Assembly (NCBI GenBank): GCA_963837955.1
Contig: CAWIPH010000001.1
Coordinates: 416,001 to 480,000, forward strand
Length of the DNA stretch: 64,000 bases
Direction of reading: 5' to 3'
Source: an uncultured Verrucomicrobiae bacterium
GTDB lineage: Bacteria; Verrucomicrobiota; Verrucomicrobiia; Chthoniobacterales; JAFAMB01
In this document: positions 1 through 10,364 of the stretch, in pieces
How the letters are laid out: each line of letters begins with the position of its first letter
How positions within the stretch are numbered: the first letter of the stretch is position 1
Position numbers and translations under genes: made by a program
Notes under the pieces: model-generated
What the model was told of the DNA's origin: nothing
What the model saw: the letters and a program-made list of their open reading frames with translations, nothing else
Databases searched by the model: none

Positions 1-1424
<1,424 letters not shown>

Positions 1425-1528
1425 TAATTATTTAAAAAATGTCCTGCCGAAGTTTGGCAGGTACTTAGCGCCATCACTCTACCCTTATATGCAGGTTTCA
1501 GAGAACTCGTTGTTCTTTCCAAGATTCG

Positions 1529-1552
1529 GTAGGGACGCGCTCCTGCGCGTCC
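1529..1552 (+). repeat. GTAG-type REP-like palindrome in the 23S-5S spacer
   Basis: GTAG followed by the hairpin GGACGCGC-TCCT-GCGCGTCC. Confidence 0.6.
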
Positions 1553-1708
1553 GTCTTTGTAACGGACTTAAGTGGTTAGCTTCTGTTGATCCACGCTCGA
1601 TTAGCAGCCTCTAACCACACTTTCCCTACCCAGTGTCTCCAGAATTTCTGGTGAAGTTGAAGCGAGACCGCCCCCTTCCCCCTCGGGCTAACTTCGGCTT
1701 CACCAGCC

Positions 1709-1825
1709 TTCTGGTGATCCTAGCGCAGTGGTCCCACCCGTTCCCATTCCGAACACGGAAGTGAAACGCTGCAGCCCCGATGGTAGTGCTTCTATAGGTT
1801 GTGCGAGAGTAGGACATTGCCAGAG
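1709..1825 (+). rRNA. rrf: 5S rRNA
   Basis: CTGGTG...CCCACCCGTTCCCATTCCGAACACGGAAGTGAAAC...GATGGTAGT...GAGAGTAGG...GCCAG; about 117 nt, downstream of 23S. Confidence 0.96.
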
Positions 1826-1830
1826 TTGAT

Positions 1831-1869
1831 GAACCCCAGGTTCCGAAAGGAGCCTGGGGTTCTTTGTTT
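1831..1869 (+). terminator. Rho-independent terminator of the rRNA operon
   Basis: GAACCCCAGGTTCC-GAAA-GGAGCCTGGGGTTC hairpin followed by TTTGTTT. Confidence 0.85.
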
Positions 1870-2000
1870 CCTAGTCGTCCTCCAATGGATGAACTCCGAC
1901 GCCAAACTTCAGGAGGCGCGAACCCCGGCTGCGCGCTCATTCCTTGCGACGTTGGCGATCAATCGCTGTTTCGCATAATCAACCTTGATGGCAGGTTCTC

Positions 2001-2243
2001 AGCGGCGAAGCCGCGATTCAGGATAGCCTAGCCTGCAGGGCTAGGACGGGCATAAGGAAATGGTCAGCGCGCTGAAAGTGCGTTTTCAAAGCCAGACCGC
2101 CAATTTCTCTGTTGACGAGATTCGATACCATCACAAAATCCGCGTTCAGACCTACCTTGAAACGCACCTTCAGTGCTGATCACCTTCTTATGCGAGCACC
2201 TAGCCCTGCGGGCTAGGCTATCTTGAAACGCACCTTCGGCGCT
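2001..2243. repeat. Long inverted-repeat element (REPIN/MITE-like)
   Basis: Arm GATAGCCTAGCCTGCAGGGCTAGG...GCTGAAAGTGCGTTTTCAA is mirrored by TTGAAACGCACCTTCAG...CCTAGCCCTGCGGGCTAGGCTATC. Confidence 0.75.
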
Positions 2244-2380
2244 CTCTTGCTCGATAGTCCCAATTCGCCCCACACCTCCGCCTGACGACTCACTCACAGC
2301 GCAGCGCAAGCGAGCGCGCGGACAAGAAAGGCAAGTCCGTTGAATCCGCGCCGTTGAGCGGATCCGGAGGATTGGCTCAT

Positions 2381-2908
2381 AGCCAGCACCACTCCCTGCG
2401 AGACTGACAGTTTGCCGATTGGACAGTCCGAAATACGGGATTCCCATCTTCGGAAATCCGCCGTCCTGAGCGGATCGGAGTTGGAGTCAGAAGAACACGT
2501 CCTATTCGTCCTGCACCCGGCGCGGGCCGAGAAAGGCGACCTCCTTTGACCGTTACGCCGACGCGGGTAGCGATCTTGCGGTGTGATTCCTAGCTACTAA
2601 CTATGTACGTCATTCCACGTATATACCGACAGCGTACATGCCTTTAGACTATTTGAGGAGGAGACCTGATGGCTGTTCGCCAACCTCGACTACCGCTCGG
2701 TTTCACGAAGCCAAGCGTACTATAATGAATAATCCTCAAGCCAGCACCACTCCCTGCGAGACTGACAGTTTGCCGATTGGACAGTCCGAAATACGGGATT
2801 CCCATCTTCGGAAATCCGCCGTCCTGAGCAGATCGGGGTTGGAGTCAGAAGAACACGTCCTATTCGTCCTGCACCCGGCACAGGCCGAGAAAGGCGACCT
2901 CCTTTGAC
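2381..2908 (+). repeat. 170-bp direct repeat, two copies (2381-2550 and 2739-2908)
   Basis: Both copies run AGCCAGCACCACTCCCTGCGAG...GGCGACCTCCTTTGAC; 4 differences, all A/G. Confidence 0.95.
2725..2907 (+). CDS. Possible 60-aa hypothetical ORF upstream of cidA
   Basis: ATG overlaps the stop of an 18-aa micro-ORF (TAATG) and it stops 2 nt before the cidA ATG; no recognisable domain. Confidence 0.3.
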   Translation: MNNPQASTTPCETDSLPIGQSEIRDSHLRKSAVLSRSGLESEEHVLFVLHPAQAEKGDLL

Positions 2909-2909
2909 A

Positions 2910-3359
2910 ATGAAGACACCACATCCGACTCTCGCCGCAAAAGCGCCGGTTCCTGTCGACGCCCGGAGTAACGTCCGCACCTGGAATCGCCGCTGGTTGG
3001 ATCTGGCGGTTGGTTCGGCTACGCTAGTCCTGAGTCTGTTCGTCGGGGAACAGGCCAAGGTCTGGTTGCACGTGCCGATTCCCGGTAATGTGTTGGGGCT
3101 CTTTATTCTTTTGCTCTGTTTCCGCCTCGGGTTAATCTCGCCCCGGCTGATCGAGGAGGCGTCGAGCCGGCTCCTGTTCGTTCTACCTGCCCTTTTTATT
3201 CCAATCTACGTATCGGCGATCGGCCAAGGACAACTTTGGTCCCAACTCGGTTGGGTGCTTTTGCCGGCGCTCCTGGTTGCCACCGTCTGGCTCTGGATCT
3301 TTGTCGGCCATCTGGCGCAGCGGCTTTTGCGGTGCAACAACCCTGTTCAAAATGGATAA
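2910..3359 (+). CDS. CidA/LrgA family membrane protein
   Basis: Four hydrophobic segments, PIPGNVLGL and LFIP motifs; overlaps the LrgB start. Confidence 0.88.
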   Translation: MKTPHPTLAAKAPVPVDARSNVRTWNRRWLDLAVGSATLVLSLFVGEQAKVWLHVPIPGNVLGLFILLLCFRLGLISPRLIEEASSRLLFVLPALFIPIYVSAIGQGQLWSQLGWVLLPALLVATVWLWIFVGHLAQRLLRCNNPVQNG

Positions 3360-4056
3360 CTTTTTTGGGACGGTGCTTTGGGCCGGTGTTACCCTGGCCG
3401 CCTTCTTCTTGTTGCGGCGTATCTTCCTCGCGCTTAAGCACCCCCTTTTACACCCGATTCTCTGGTCCACCTTGGCGGTAGTGCTTCTTTTGGCCATATC
3501 CGGTCACCCGATTGCTGCATACCGGCAGGAGTCCGCCCCCCTCGTTTGGCTTCTGGGGCCAGCAGTTGTCGCGATGGCCGTGCCGATTTGGCAACGCAGA
3601 GAATTGATCCTCTCGAATTGGCGTGCACTGTTGTTGATTGTTCTCGCGGGGATTGCTTTTTCGGCGATTAGCATGCTAGCGCTCGCTCCGTTCTGTGGCT
3701 GGAGAGCGGCTAAGAGTCTCGTGCCTAAGTCGGTGACCGCTCCGGTCGCGTTAGGCGTTATCAGGGAAGCCTCGGAAGGAAGACCGCCTGAAGGTCAATT
3801 GCTAGAGTCGCTCGTCGCCGTCGGCGTAATGGTCTCGGCTCTCTCCGGGGCTCTCCTCGGCCCGGTCGTGCTGCGTTCGACTGGAGTACGTGATGTCCGC
3901 GCCGTCGGTTTGGCTCTGGGATGCGCAAGCCACGGAGTGGGTACAGCTCGCGCCTTTGAGGTCGATCCTACCGCTGGCGCGTTTGCATCGGTGGGTATGA
4001 GCTTAACTGCGGTCTGCGCAGCCTTCGTTCTGCCTTGGATTCTGCGCCTGATGTAG
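3352..4056 (+). CDS. LrgB/CidB family membrane protein
   Basis: LLGPAVVAMAVP, PKSVTAPVA and GLALGCASHGVGTARA signatures; start taken at ATG 3352. Confidence 0.92.
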   Translation: MDNFFGTVLWAGVTLAAFFLLRRIFLALKHPLLHPILWSTLAVVLLLAISGHPIAAYRQESAPLVWLLGPAVVAMAVPIWQRRELILSNWRALLLIVLAGIAFSAISMLALAPFCGWRAAKSLVPKSVTAPVALGVIREASEGRPPEGQLLESLVAVGVMVSALSGALLGPVVLRSTGVRDVRAVGLALGCASHGVGTARAFEVDPTAGAFASVGMSLTAVCAAFVLPWILRLM

Positions 4057-4313
4057 GACCGACGCTTTTCTTGCGTCTACCTCCCCAACCTGTTAATCGA
4101 ACATTTCAATCAAGTTGGCTGAGCGCGAACGCACAAATTGAACGCTCGCATAACGGTTCGATCTGTCGCGTTCTTCAGCGCCCTTCAGGTCTGCAGCCTA
4201 GACACCTGGATCTTCGGCAAATGCTCGAGCGGCAGCGGGAGTACGACTTAAAGCTCCTTGGCGGCTGCTCTAGCACGAACGATCGCCATATCGAGGCAAT
4301 TGCCCAGATTCGT

Positions 4314-5195
4314 TCATAGGCAACGCCAACTGAACCGGTCGTGATCACTTTCGACGAGTCCGGCAGAGCTTCCGGGGAAGTGCGAGCTGAAAAATAGGGC
4401 GTGCCGTTCAGCCGCGCGCTCGATTGCCCAAAGGCGCGAGAGGCGTCCACGTTCAGGGGAGACGCTGAAAACAGAACTCCAGTCCGGACGATACACTTGG
4501 ACCGGAAGATGCATGATATCGCCGCCGAACAGGGCTTCTTCGCCACGCGATTTTAAGCTGATGGACATGTGACCGACACTGTGTCCCGGTGTGGGATTAA
4601 AGACCAGACCATCGATAAACTCGTTGCCATCTGCTTCGATCATCTCGGCCTGCCCGGCCTCGATAACAGGCAGAACACTGTCTTCGTAAAGAGCGAAATT
4701 GGGTCGGTCACGCCCTCCCGGACCGGAAAAATATTCGTCCTCGACCTTTGCGAAAACATACTTTGCATTAGGGAAAGTTGGGACCCACCGACCATTCAAG
4801 AACCGGGTGTTCCAGCCGACATGATCGGTATGTAAATGGGTCAGGAGGACATAGTCCACCGCTTCAGGCGTTACACCGGCAGCCGCGAGCCGTTCGAGAA
4901 AGGGCTCATGGAGGTGGTCGAAAGAGGGAAGCTTACGCTTCTTGTCATTGCCGATCCCGGTGTCGACTAACATCGTATGTGCCTCAGTCTTTAACACCCA
5001 GGTGTGCGTGCTCAGAACCACGTGCTGGTGGGTATGATCCCAACAAGCTGAAGACATCCATTCCTGATGCTCTTGCACGGCAGCTGGATCCCATTCTGGC
5101 AAAAGATATTCCGGCGTGAAGTCGACGATGAGCTTCTCCAGGACCCGAGTAATGGTCACGTCACCCACCCTGTAAGTTACCGGGCTTTCGGCCAT
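4314..5195 (-). CDS. MBL-fold metallo-hydrolase (lactonase-like)
   Basis: THLHTDHVG, TPGH and GDIMH metal-binding motifs. Confidence 0.9.
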   Translation of the reverse strand: MAESPVTYRVGDVTITRVLEKLIVDFTPEYLLPEWDPAAVQEHQEWMSSACWDHTHQHVVLSTHTWVLKTEAHTMLVDTGIGNDKKRKLPSFDHLHEPFLERLAAAGVTPEAVDYVLLTHLHTDHVGWNTRFLNGRWVPTFPNAKYVFAKVEDEYFSGPGGRDRPNFALYEDSVLPVIEAGQAEMIEADGNEFIDGLVFNPTPGHSVGHMSISLKSRGEEALFGGDIMHLPVQVYRPDWSSVFSVSPERGRLSRLWAIERAAERHALFFSSHFPGSSAGLVESDHDRFSWRCL

Positions 5196-5397
5196 GATAT
5201 CGATTCAGTAGAACCGAAGCGTGCCAAGATCAATCGCGATAGTAATATCGAATTGCGGTCATATTCGAGCTGCCCTGGATCTCGCGATCCTGATGCCGTC
5301 CGAGCCTCCGAAAAACGACCGATGAAACGCCGCGGATCCGTGGAGTGTTGGTGTCAGGAGGCAGTTCGTGGTGCAAAACAAAGCGGGCGATCCGGCT

Positions 5398-6354
5398 TTA
5401 CAACGATTTTGTGTAGTAGGTAGCCGACGCGGAATAGCCGATCGCTTCATAAAAGTCGCTCGCTCTTCGGGTAGCGACACAGACGAGCTTGTATCGTCGA
5501 TTAGCCGTCCAGCACTCGAAATCGGCCATCAACAATTTGCCGATCCCGGTGCGACGGTGCTCAGGTCTCACAAACAGTTCTTGCACCCAACCCACTGTTC
5601 CATTCGCGTAGAATGTCTGTTGGCTAGTTCCAAGAAGATAACCAATAATCTTGCCTGATTTTTCGGCGACAGCCAGATAGGCGTCCGGGTTTTGAAGGAC
5701 TTCTTGGAAAGAATCCGTGAATGCTTCCCGTTCAACGACAAAAGAGGTTGCCAGCTGACAGGCGAGTTCCAAGACAGCATCTCTATCGTTCTTTGTCACG
5801 GAGCGGACTGAAACCAATGATTGGTGTGCAGATTCTGCCGCTTGGCCTTTAGCGATTTCCGCCTGGACTAACTGATTGCCTGCATCGACTTCCTTGCCGA
5901 TGTCCGATCTGGCGGACGATCCGCTCAGCGGCTCAATATCCAGTTCCGCAAGCCACTCGATCGCGTAACGGGCCAATGCTTCATCATGAAACTTGTGCCA
6001 CTGTTTTTGCGCGGCCTCGTTTTCGTGCAGTGCATCCTTGAAGCGTCGAAAAGGTTTCGGACCACCCAATGACCACTCAAGCTTTTCTCGCAGTCGCGAC
6101 GGCCGCATAGTTTCGACGAAGTCCTGCATAATTCGAAATCCATCGTGAGAATCGATTGTCTCAATCTGGACGAAACGGTCGTCGGCATCCTCTTCGATTT
6201 GTTCCCGTAGTTCGTCTTGTTCTTCCAGATCTTCAGTTAAGAAAATCACATCGCCAGTCTGCCGATCGAACCAGTAAGTGTGAAGACCTAGCCCGCCATC
6301 GTAGTCTTCGAGAGCCAATTGCAGTTCGCCTAAATCGACAGGCAGTTTCTTCAT
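5398..6354 (-). CDS. UPF0158-domain / GNAT acetyltransferase fusion
   Basis: N-terminal DRQTG...MQDFV...GPKPFRRFKDAL...W (UPF0158-like); C-terminal VRPEHRRTGIGKLLM and FYEAIGY (GNAT). Confidence 0.75.
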   Translation of the reverse strand: MKKLPVDLGELQLALEDYDGGLGLHTYWFDRQTGDVIFLTEDLEEQDELREQIEEDADDRFVQIETIDSHDGFRIMQDFVETMRPSRLREKLEWSLGGPKPFRRFKDALHENEAAQKQWHKFHDEALARYAIEWLAELDIEPLSGSSARSDIGKEVDAGNQLVQAEIAKGQAAESAHQSLVSVRSVTKNDRDAVLELACQLATSFVVEREAFTDSFQEVLQNPDAYLAVAEKSGKIIGYLLGTSQQTFYANGTVGWVQELFVRPEHRRTGIGKLLMADFECWTANRRYKLVCVATRRASDFYEAIGYSASATYYTKSL

Positions 6355-6545
6355 GGAGGTGCTCTTCGCTGGATCTCGGGAAACTTGGCTAGAAGACGCA
6401 GGAAATGCAAGGTTGGCCAGGCTGATCGTTTGGGCGACGAAAACGCTAAAGCTACGGAGGACGCGTTGGCGTGCACTAGTGATTAGGTTGGAGCGTTTTT
6501 GCGCGATGTGATTCGCGTGCGCATGGCGGCGCGAATGTCAATCCT

Positions 6546-8111
6546 TCAGTCCCAGTTCTTCAGCTTGGGCCACATCTCATTGAGGGGCCATTTCAGGTCC
6601 CGACAATAGAACACGTCAAAGTGCTCGGAGGGCATAGAATAGGGATGATAAACATTCGCTACCCTCGTCACGCTTGCGAAAAGGTCCTCGAGTCGGCCTT
6701 GCCGATCGTCCAGTACGATTACGCTCTCGCCGGTAAAGCCGCGAGGTCCCCAGAAGAAGTAGTTCTGATGGCCGCTGATGGCCTTTGGTAATCCGAACTT
6801 AGCACCGAAAAAGTCAATCGCCCCAGCCTGGCCGTAGTTCTGCGCGAAGATCGCAGTTTTGGCGCGAGCATCGGCAGAGAGGCCGTTGTATACGCGTGCT
6901 ACCGTGGCCACCATCTCCTCCCATCCGAACTGGTCGGCGTAAATCTGAGGTAGCGGGCCGAGCTTCCGATTTTCGATTGCAGGTTGCTGGAAATGAAGCG
7001 CTTTCGAATATCGAATGTAAGTGTGAACTGACAGCACTGGTACCGCGAACGGAGCGATCAAAGCGCCAGAGAGGATCATCAGGACTGGATAACCATACTT
7101 TATCCATTTGAGTTTCGGCCGCGCCAACCACGCTTCCCACATGACGCCTCCGGCCCCAAATAAGATCGGATACGCTGGGTACAGATAATATACGCGCGGG
7201 TCCAATAGCAGAATGACGCCGGCCGTAAATAGCCAGGCAAAGCCGAACACGCGAAACGAACTGCCAGCTTTACTGAATAGATAAAACCAAAGCCCCGCCA
7301 GCCAGATCGGCAGCGTCATTGGATGCATCGACAAAATTTCCTGACCAAAAAACGAAAGTGGCGTGAGATCCACGTTGCGGCCGCTGCGGCGGATATTCGC
7401 CTGTAGTTCCAAAAAGGGGAAGTGATGTTGATAGTTCCAGATCAGATTTGGAAGGAAGATCAGGAAAGCAAGCAGGCCGCCGATCCAGATCCACGGTGTC
7501 CGGAACCATTGGCGTTGCCGCGTGAACAGCAGGCCGGCGGTGATAGCGGCGCCCCAGATCAGCATCGAGTGTTTATTCTCAAGGCCGATCCCCGCTAGAA
7601 GCCCAAACCAAATCCACAGTTTCTGATTTTCGGTTTTGATGATGCGGATTAACACATACGCGCAGCCGGTCCAAATCAGCGCCTCGAACGAGTTCATCGA
7701 CAGCAGGCTGTCGATCGCGAGAAAGCCCGGCGCGACAAGGACGGCCAAAGCGGCCAAAATCTGCGCAAATCGGTTTCCTCCCAGTTCGCGGGCAATAGTG
7801 GCGGTTAGGAGAACTTTTCCTGCTCCGGCTAAGGCAGAGAAAAACCGGATGGCTTGCAGGGAATCACCAAACAATAAACGAACGATCTTGGTGATCAGCG
7901 CTACCATCGGCGGTTGGTCTACGTAGCCCCAATCGAGATGATCACTGCACGCGATGTAGTACAGTTCGTCAATGAAGTAGCCGTAATTGCGGCTTGCGTA
8001 CAAGTGGACGAGCAGCTTGGTCGCTACAATTGAGAAAAGAACAATCGTGCCAACGTCCACCGACCAGCGGTTCTGCCTTATGGTTACGTTCAGCGGATAG
8101 TCCTGTTGCAT
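6546..8111 (-). CDS. GT-C membrane glycosyltransferase (GT39/ArnT-like)
   Basis: YGYFIDELYY...WGYVDQPP motif and many TM helices. Confidence 0.85.
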   Translation of the reverse strand: MQQDYPLNVTIRQNRWSVDVGTIVLFSIVATKLLVHLYASRNYGYFIDELYYIACSDHLDWGYVDQPPMVALITKIVRLLFGDSLQAIRFFSALAGAGKVLLTATIARELGGNRFAQILAALAVLVAPGFLAIDSLLSMNSFEALIWTGCAYVLIRIIKTENQKLWIWFGLLAGIGLENKHSMLIWGAAITAGLLFTRQRQWFRTPWIWIGGLLAFLIFLPNLIWNYQHHFPFLELQANIRRSGRNVDLTPLSFFGQEILSMHPMTLPIWLAGLWFYLFSKAGSSFRVFGFAWLFTAGVILLLDPRVYYLYPAYPILFGAGGVMWEAWLARPKLKWIKYGYPVLMILSGALIAPFAVPVLSVHTYIRYSKALHFQQPAIENRKLGPLPQIYADQFGWEEMVATVARVYNGLSADARAKTAIFAQNYGQAGAIDFFGAKFGLPKAISGHQNYFFWGPRGFTGESVIVLDDRQGRLEDLFASVTRVANVYHPYSMPSEHFDVFYCRDLKWPLNEMWPKLKNWD

Positions 8112-8140
8112 TTGTGCGCCTTGTCTCGCTTCCGTTCATC

Positions 8141-9256
8141 TTACGTTTGTGCACTGTCTGATTGGCACGATGCGCCGTAGATATTTGTTAGGCGACGCAT
8201 GCGCTGACAATTTTGCGTAACGTCAGTACTATCGACAAATTGATCTACGGAGCCTAGGCAGCTGATTTCTTTGAGTAGTGATGTACTGAGAGTTTCGGTC
8301 AGCGCATCTTTGAAGCGATGGGCATTAATTACGTTGAATGGTCGACCGAAATAGGTTGATACGCGCGGTTCAACCACCGTCGTTATGCCGAGACCGTTGT
8401 GTATTTCAGCGATGGCTTCGTAAGCAGAGATCAGCCGCCGTTCGCGCGTGTGCCAGTCTGAGGCGTGCATCACGGCAGTAAGCGTTGGTCCAAGTGCTGC
8501 GCTAATAGTCAGCCGAGCGAAAGCTGTGCCCAGCCATTTGGTGTAGGGCGCGTATTTTCGTTCGAGAAGGAAGCAGAGGCGAATCAACTCGCGTACCAGT
8601 CGGCCGGCGACAATGGCGGATCCAAGCTCGTCGCCCACCTCGCCACACCGCCCGACGAAAGCTTCTTCTTGTGCGATACGTTGCCACTGAGCCGCCATGA
8701 GCGTGCGCCAAATTTCTTCCGGATACCATTCGAGGCGTCGCCTCATTTCTGTGAGGGTACCTAATCCATCATGGTAGACGGCTCCATCCGTGGCTTCCCG
8801 CAGACGCTGTGATGCGATGGAAATCCAATCCATTGTTGTCATCCCCTTCAGTGGGTTGCAGCCGATTTGCGAAATAAAGAATCCCGAGACCGAGTGAATC
8901 TGGACGGAATGGCTGATTGGCCCCGACGCTGTCCCCTGCATCACAGGAACACCGTCATGGGGAGAAGGAACGAAATGTGTAGGAAACCCGCGGAACGATC
9001 TGGGGAGACTCTTTGCTAGAGCCTGTTTCACCGCTGGACCATGTGCATCGACATCAGAGTCCTCCAGAAAGAGTATGACCCGGGGTCCCCACCCGTGATC
9101 CATACTCCGTTCGGTGTCGAATCCTAGGGTTTCAGAGCCATAACCTATAAGCGCTGCGGAATGGGGTAGTCCAGGTGAGTATTCTTCCAAGACTGGCTTT
9201 ACCGCCTCGCGGTAGAACATTTCGCTCAGCTGCAGGCCAGGAATGAACTCAGACAT
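8141..9256 (-). CDS. DUF4037 domain-containing protein
   Basis: GYGSETLGFDTERSMDHGWGPR and YAPYTKW patterns. Confidence 0.75.
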   Translation of the reverse strand: MSEFIPGLQLSEMFYREAVKPVLEEYSPGLPHSAALIGYGSETLGFDTERSMDHGWGPRVILFLEDSDVDAHGPAVKQALAKSLPRSFRGFPTHFVPSPHDGVPVMQGTASGPISHSVQIHSVSGFFISQIGCNPLKGMTTMDWISIASQRLREATDGAVYHDGLGTLTEMRRRLEWYPEEIWRTLMAAQWQRIAQEEAFVGRCGEVGDELGSAIVAGRLVRELIRLCFLLERKYAPYTKWLGTAFARLTISAALGPTLTAVMHASDWHTRERRLISAYEAIAEIHNGLGITTVVEPRVSTYFGRPFNVINAHRFKDALTETLSTSLLKEISCLGSVDQFVDSTDVTQNCQRMRRLTNIYGASCQSDSAQT

Positions 9257-9297
9257 GCTATTCCCACTTTTTCAGCTTCGGCCACTCGTCTAGCTGG

Positions 9298-10143
9298 TTA
9301 GCTGCTCTGTCCCTGTACATGCGCCGCCGAAGGCACTCGCGCGCTTACCACCGGAACCATCCATACCGCGTAGCCGTGAGGATCACGGATATTACTGATC
9401 ATCTGATCGAAGTATGCTACCGCTGACTCTTGAGTGATCGGCGTCAGCTGGCCGATCGACTCAGCGTACCCGTCACGCCAAGCCTCGAGGATAGCGGCAA
9501 ATGTCTCGCGCGGTACCCGCAACGTGTCGATGATGACGTAGTCCAGCGTGATCTCGTCCAGTTTCATGGCGGCGAGCATCCCAAAGATGTTGCGACCGAT
9601 GAAGAGGTCGCTCTGAGTTGCAGATCCAAAGGCAGCCGGCACCACATGCCAAAAATCCCGTGGATCAAGTGTTCCGGGCTGGAAGTGCAGCATCCCGTAG
9701 TCTTCTGGGATCAGATGCAGATAGCCGCCCCGGCGCGTCACCCGCACGAGTTCGGCGATCGCACGCTCGGGATGCGGTATGGAATGAAGGACGTGGCGGC
9801 ATACGGTAAGGTCGAACCTTCGATCACCGGCGCTGAGTTCGAATACACTCTGGTGTTCGAACGCCAGTCGAGGTCCGAGTTCGCTGTAGCGCGACCGTGC
9901 CAGCTCCAAATGGCGATCAACAATGTCGACGCCGAGGACATCGGCTCGCGGAAACAGTGCAGCCAGTCGCGACGCCCCTTCACCTGTGCCGCAGCCGGCA
10001 TCGAGGATTCGGGGTTCAGGCGGAAGAGCATAGCGCCGAAACAACTCCGACTCCTGAGGCCAAATTGCCCGCGCTTGCGCCTCCAGGTTTCGCACCATCG
10101 ACTCATCGGCCATTTGCTTGGCCTGCGGGTTGAGATCGGTCAT
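9298..10143 (-). CDS. Class I SAM-dependent methyltransferase
   Basis: ILDAGCGTG motif I, FDLTVCRHVLH. Confidence 0.88.
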   Translation of the reverse strand: MTDLNPQAKQMADESMVRNLEAQARAIWPQESELFRRYALPPEPRILDAGCGTGEGASRLAALFPRADVLGVDIVDRHLELARSRYSELGPRLAFEHQSVFELSAGDRRFDLTVCRHVLHSIPHPERAIAELVRVTRRGGYLHLIPEDYGMLHFQPGTLDPRDFWHVVPAAFGSATQSDLFIGRNIFGMLAAMKLDEITLDYVIIDTLRVPRETFAAILEAWRDGYAESIGQLTPITQESAVAYFDQMISNIRDPHGYAVWMVPVVSARVPSAAHVQGQSS

Positions 10144-10364
10144 GTCATTCTGTTGCGTTTACGGGAAATCTACGGACAATTACCCTAAGCGAGTGCTGAA
10201 TGAAAGCGGTCTTCCAGCCAGCAAAGTGATTCATCGATTTGGCGACCTTTTGCCGACCACCCAAGGAGTAAACGAAAAATTGCTAGAGATCAGCTCCTGC
10301 TTTGCCGCAGTTCTCTTCATCAACCCGCTGCGACAGACGGACGAGCAGGAGCTCATCCTACCGG

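Noticed and set aside
2381..2550. Match to a known riboswitch (ZTP, NAD, glycine, c-di-AMP)
   Set aside because: Only short coincidental words match; the consensus cores were not found by eye. An Rfam scan is still needed.
9430..10188. 252-aa plus-strand ORF
   Set aside because: Antisense shadow of the methyltransferase in GC-rich DNA, with no motifs.
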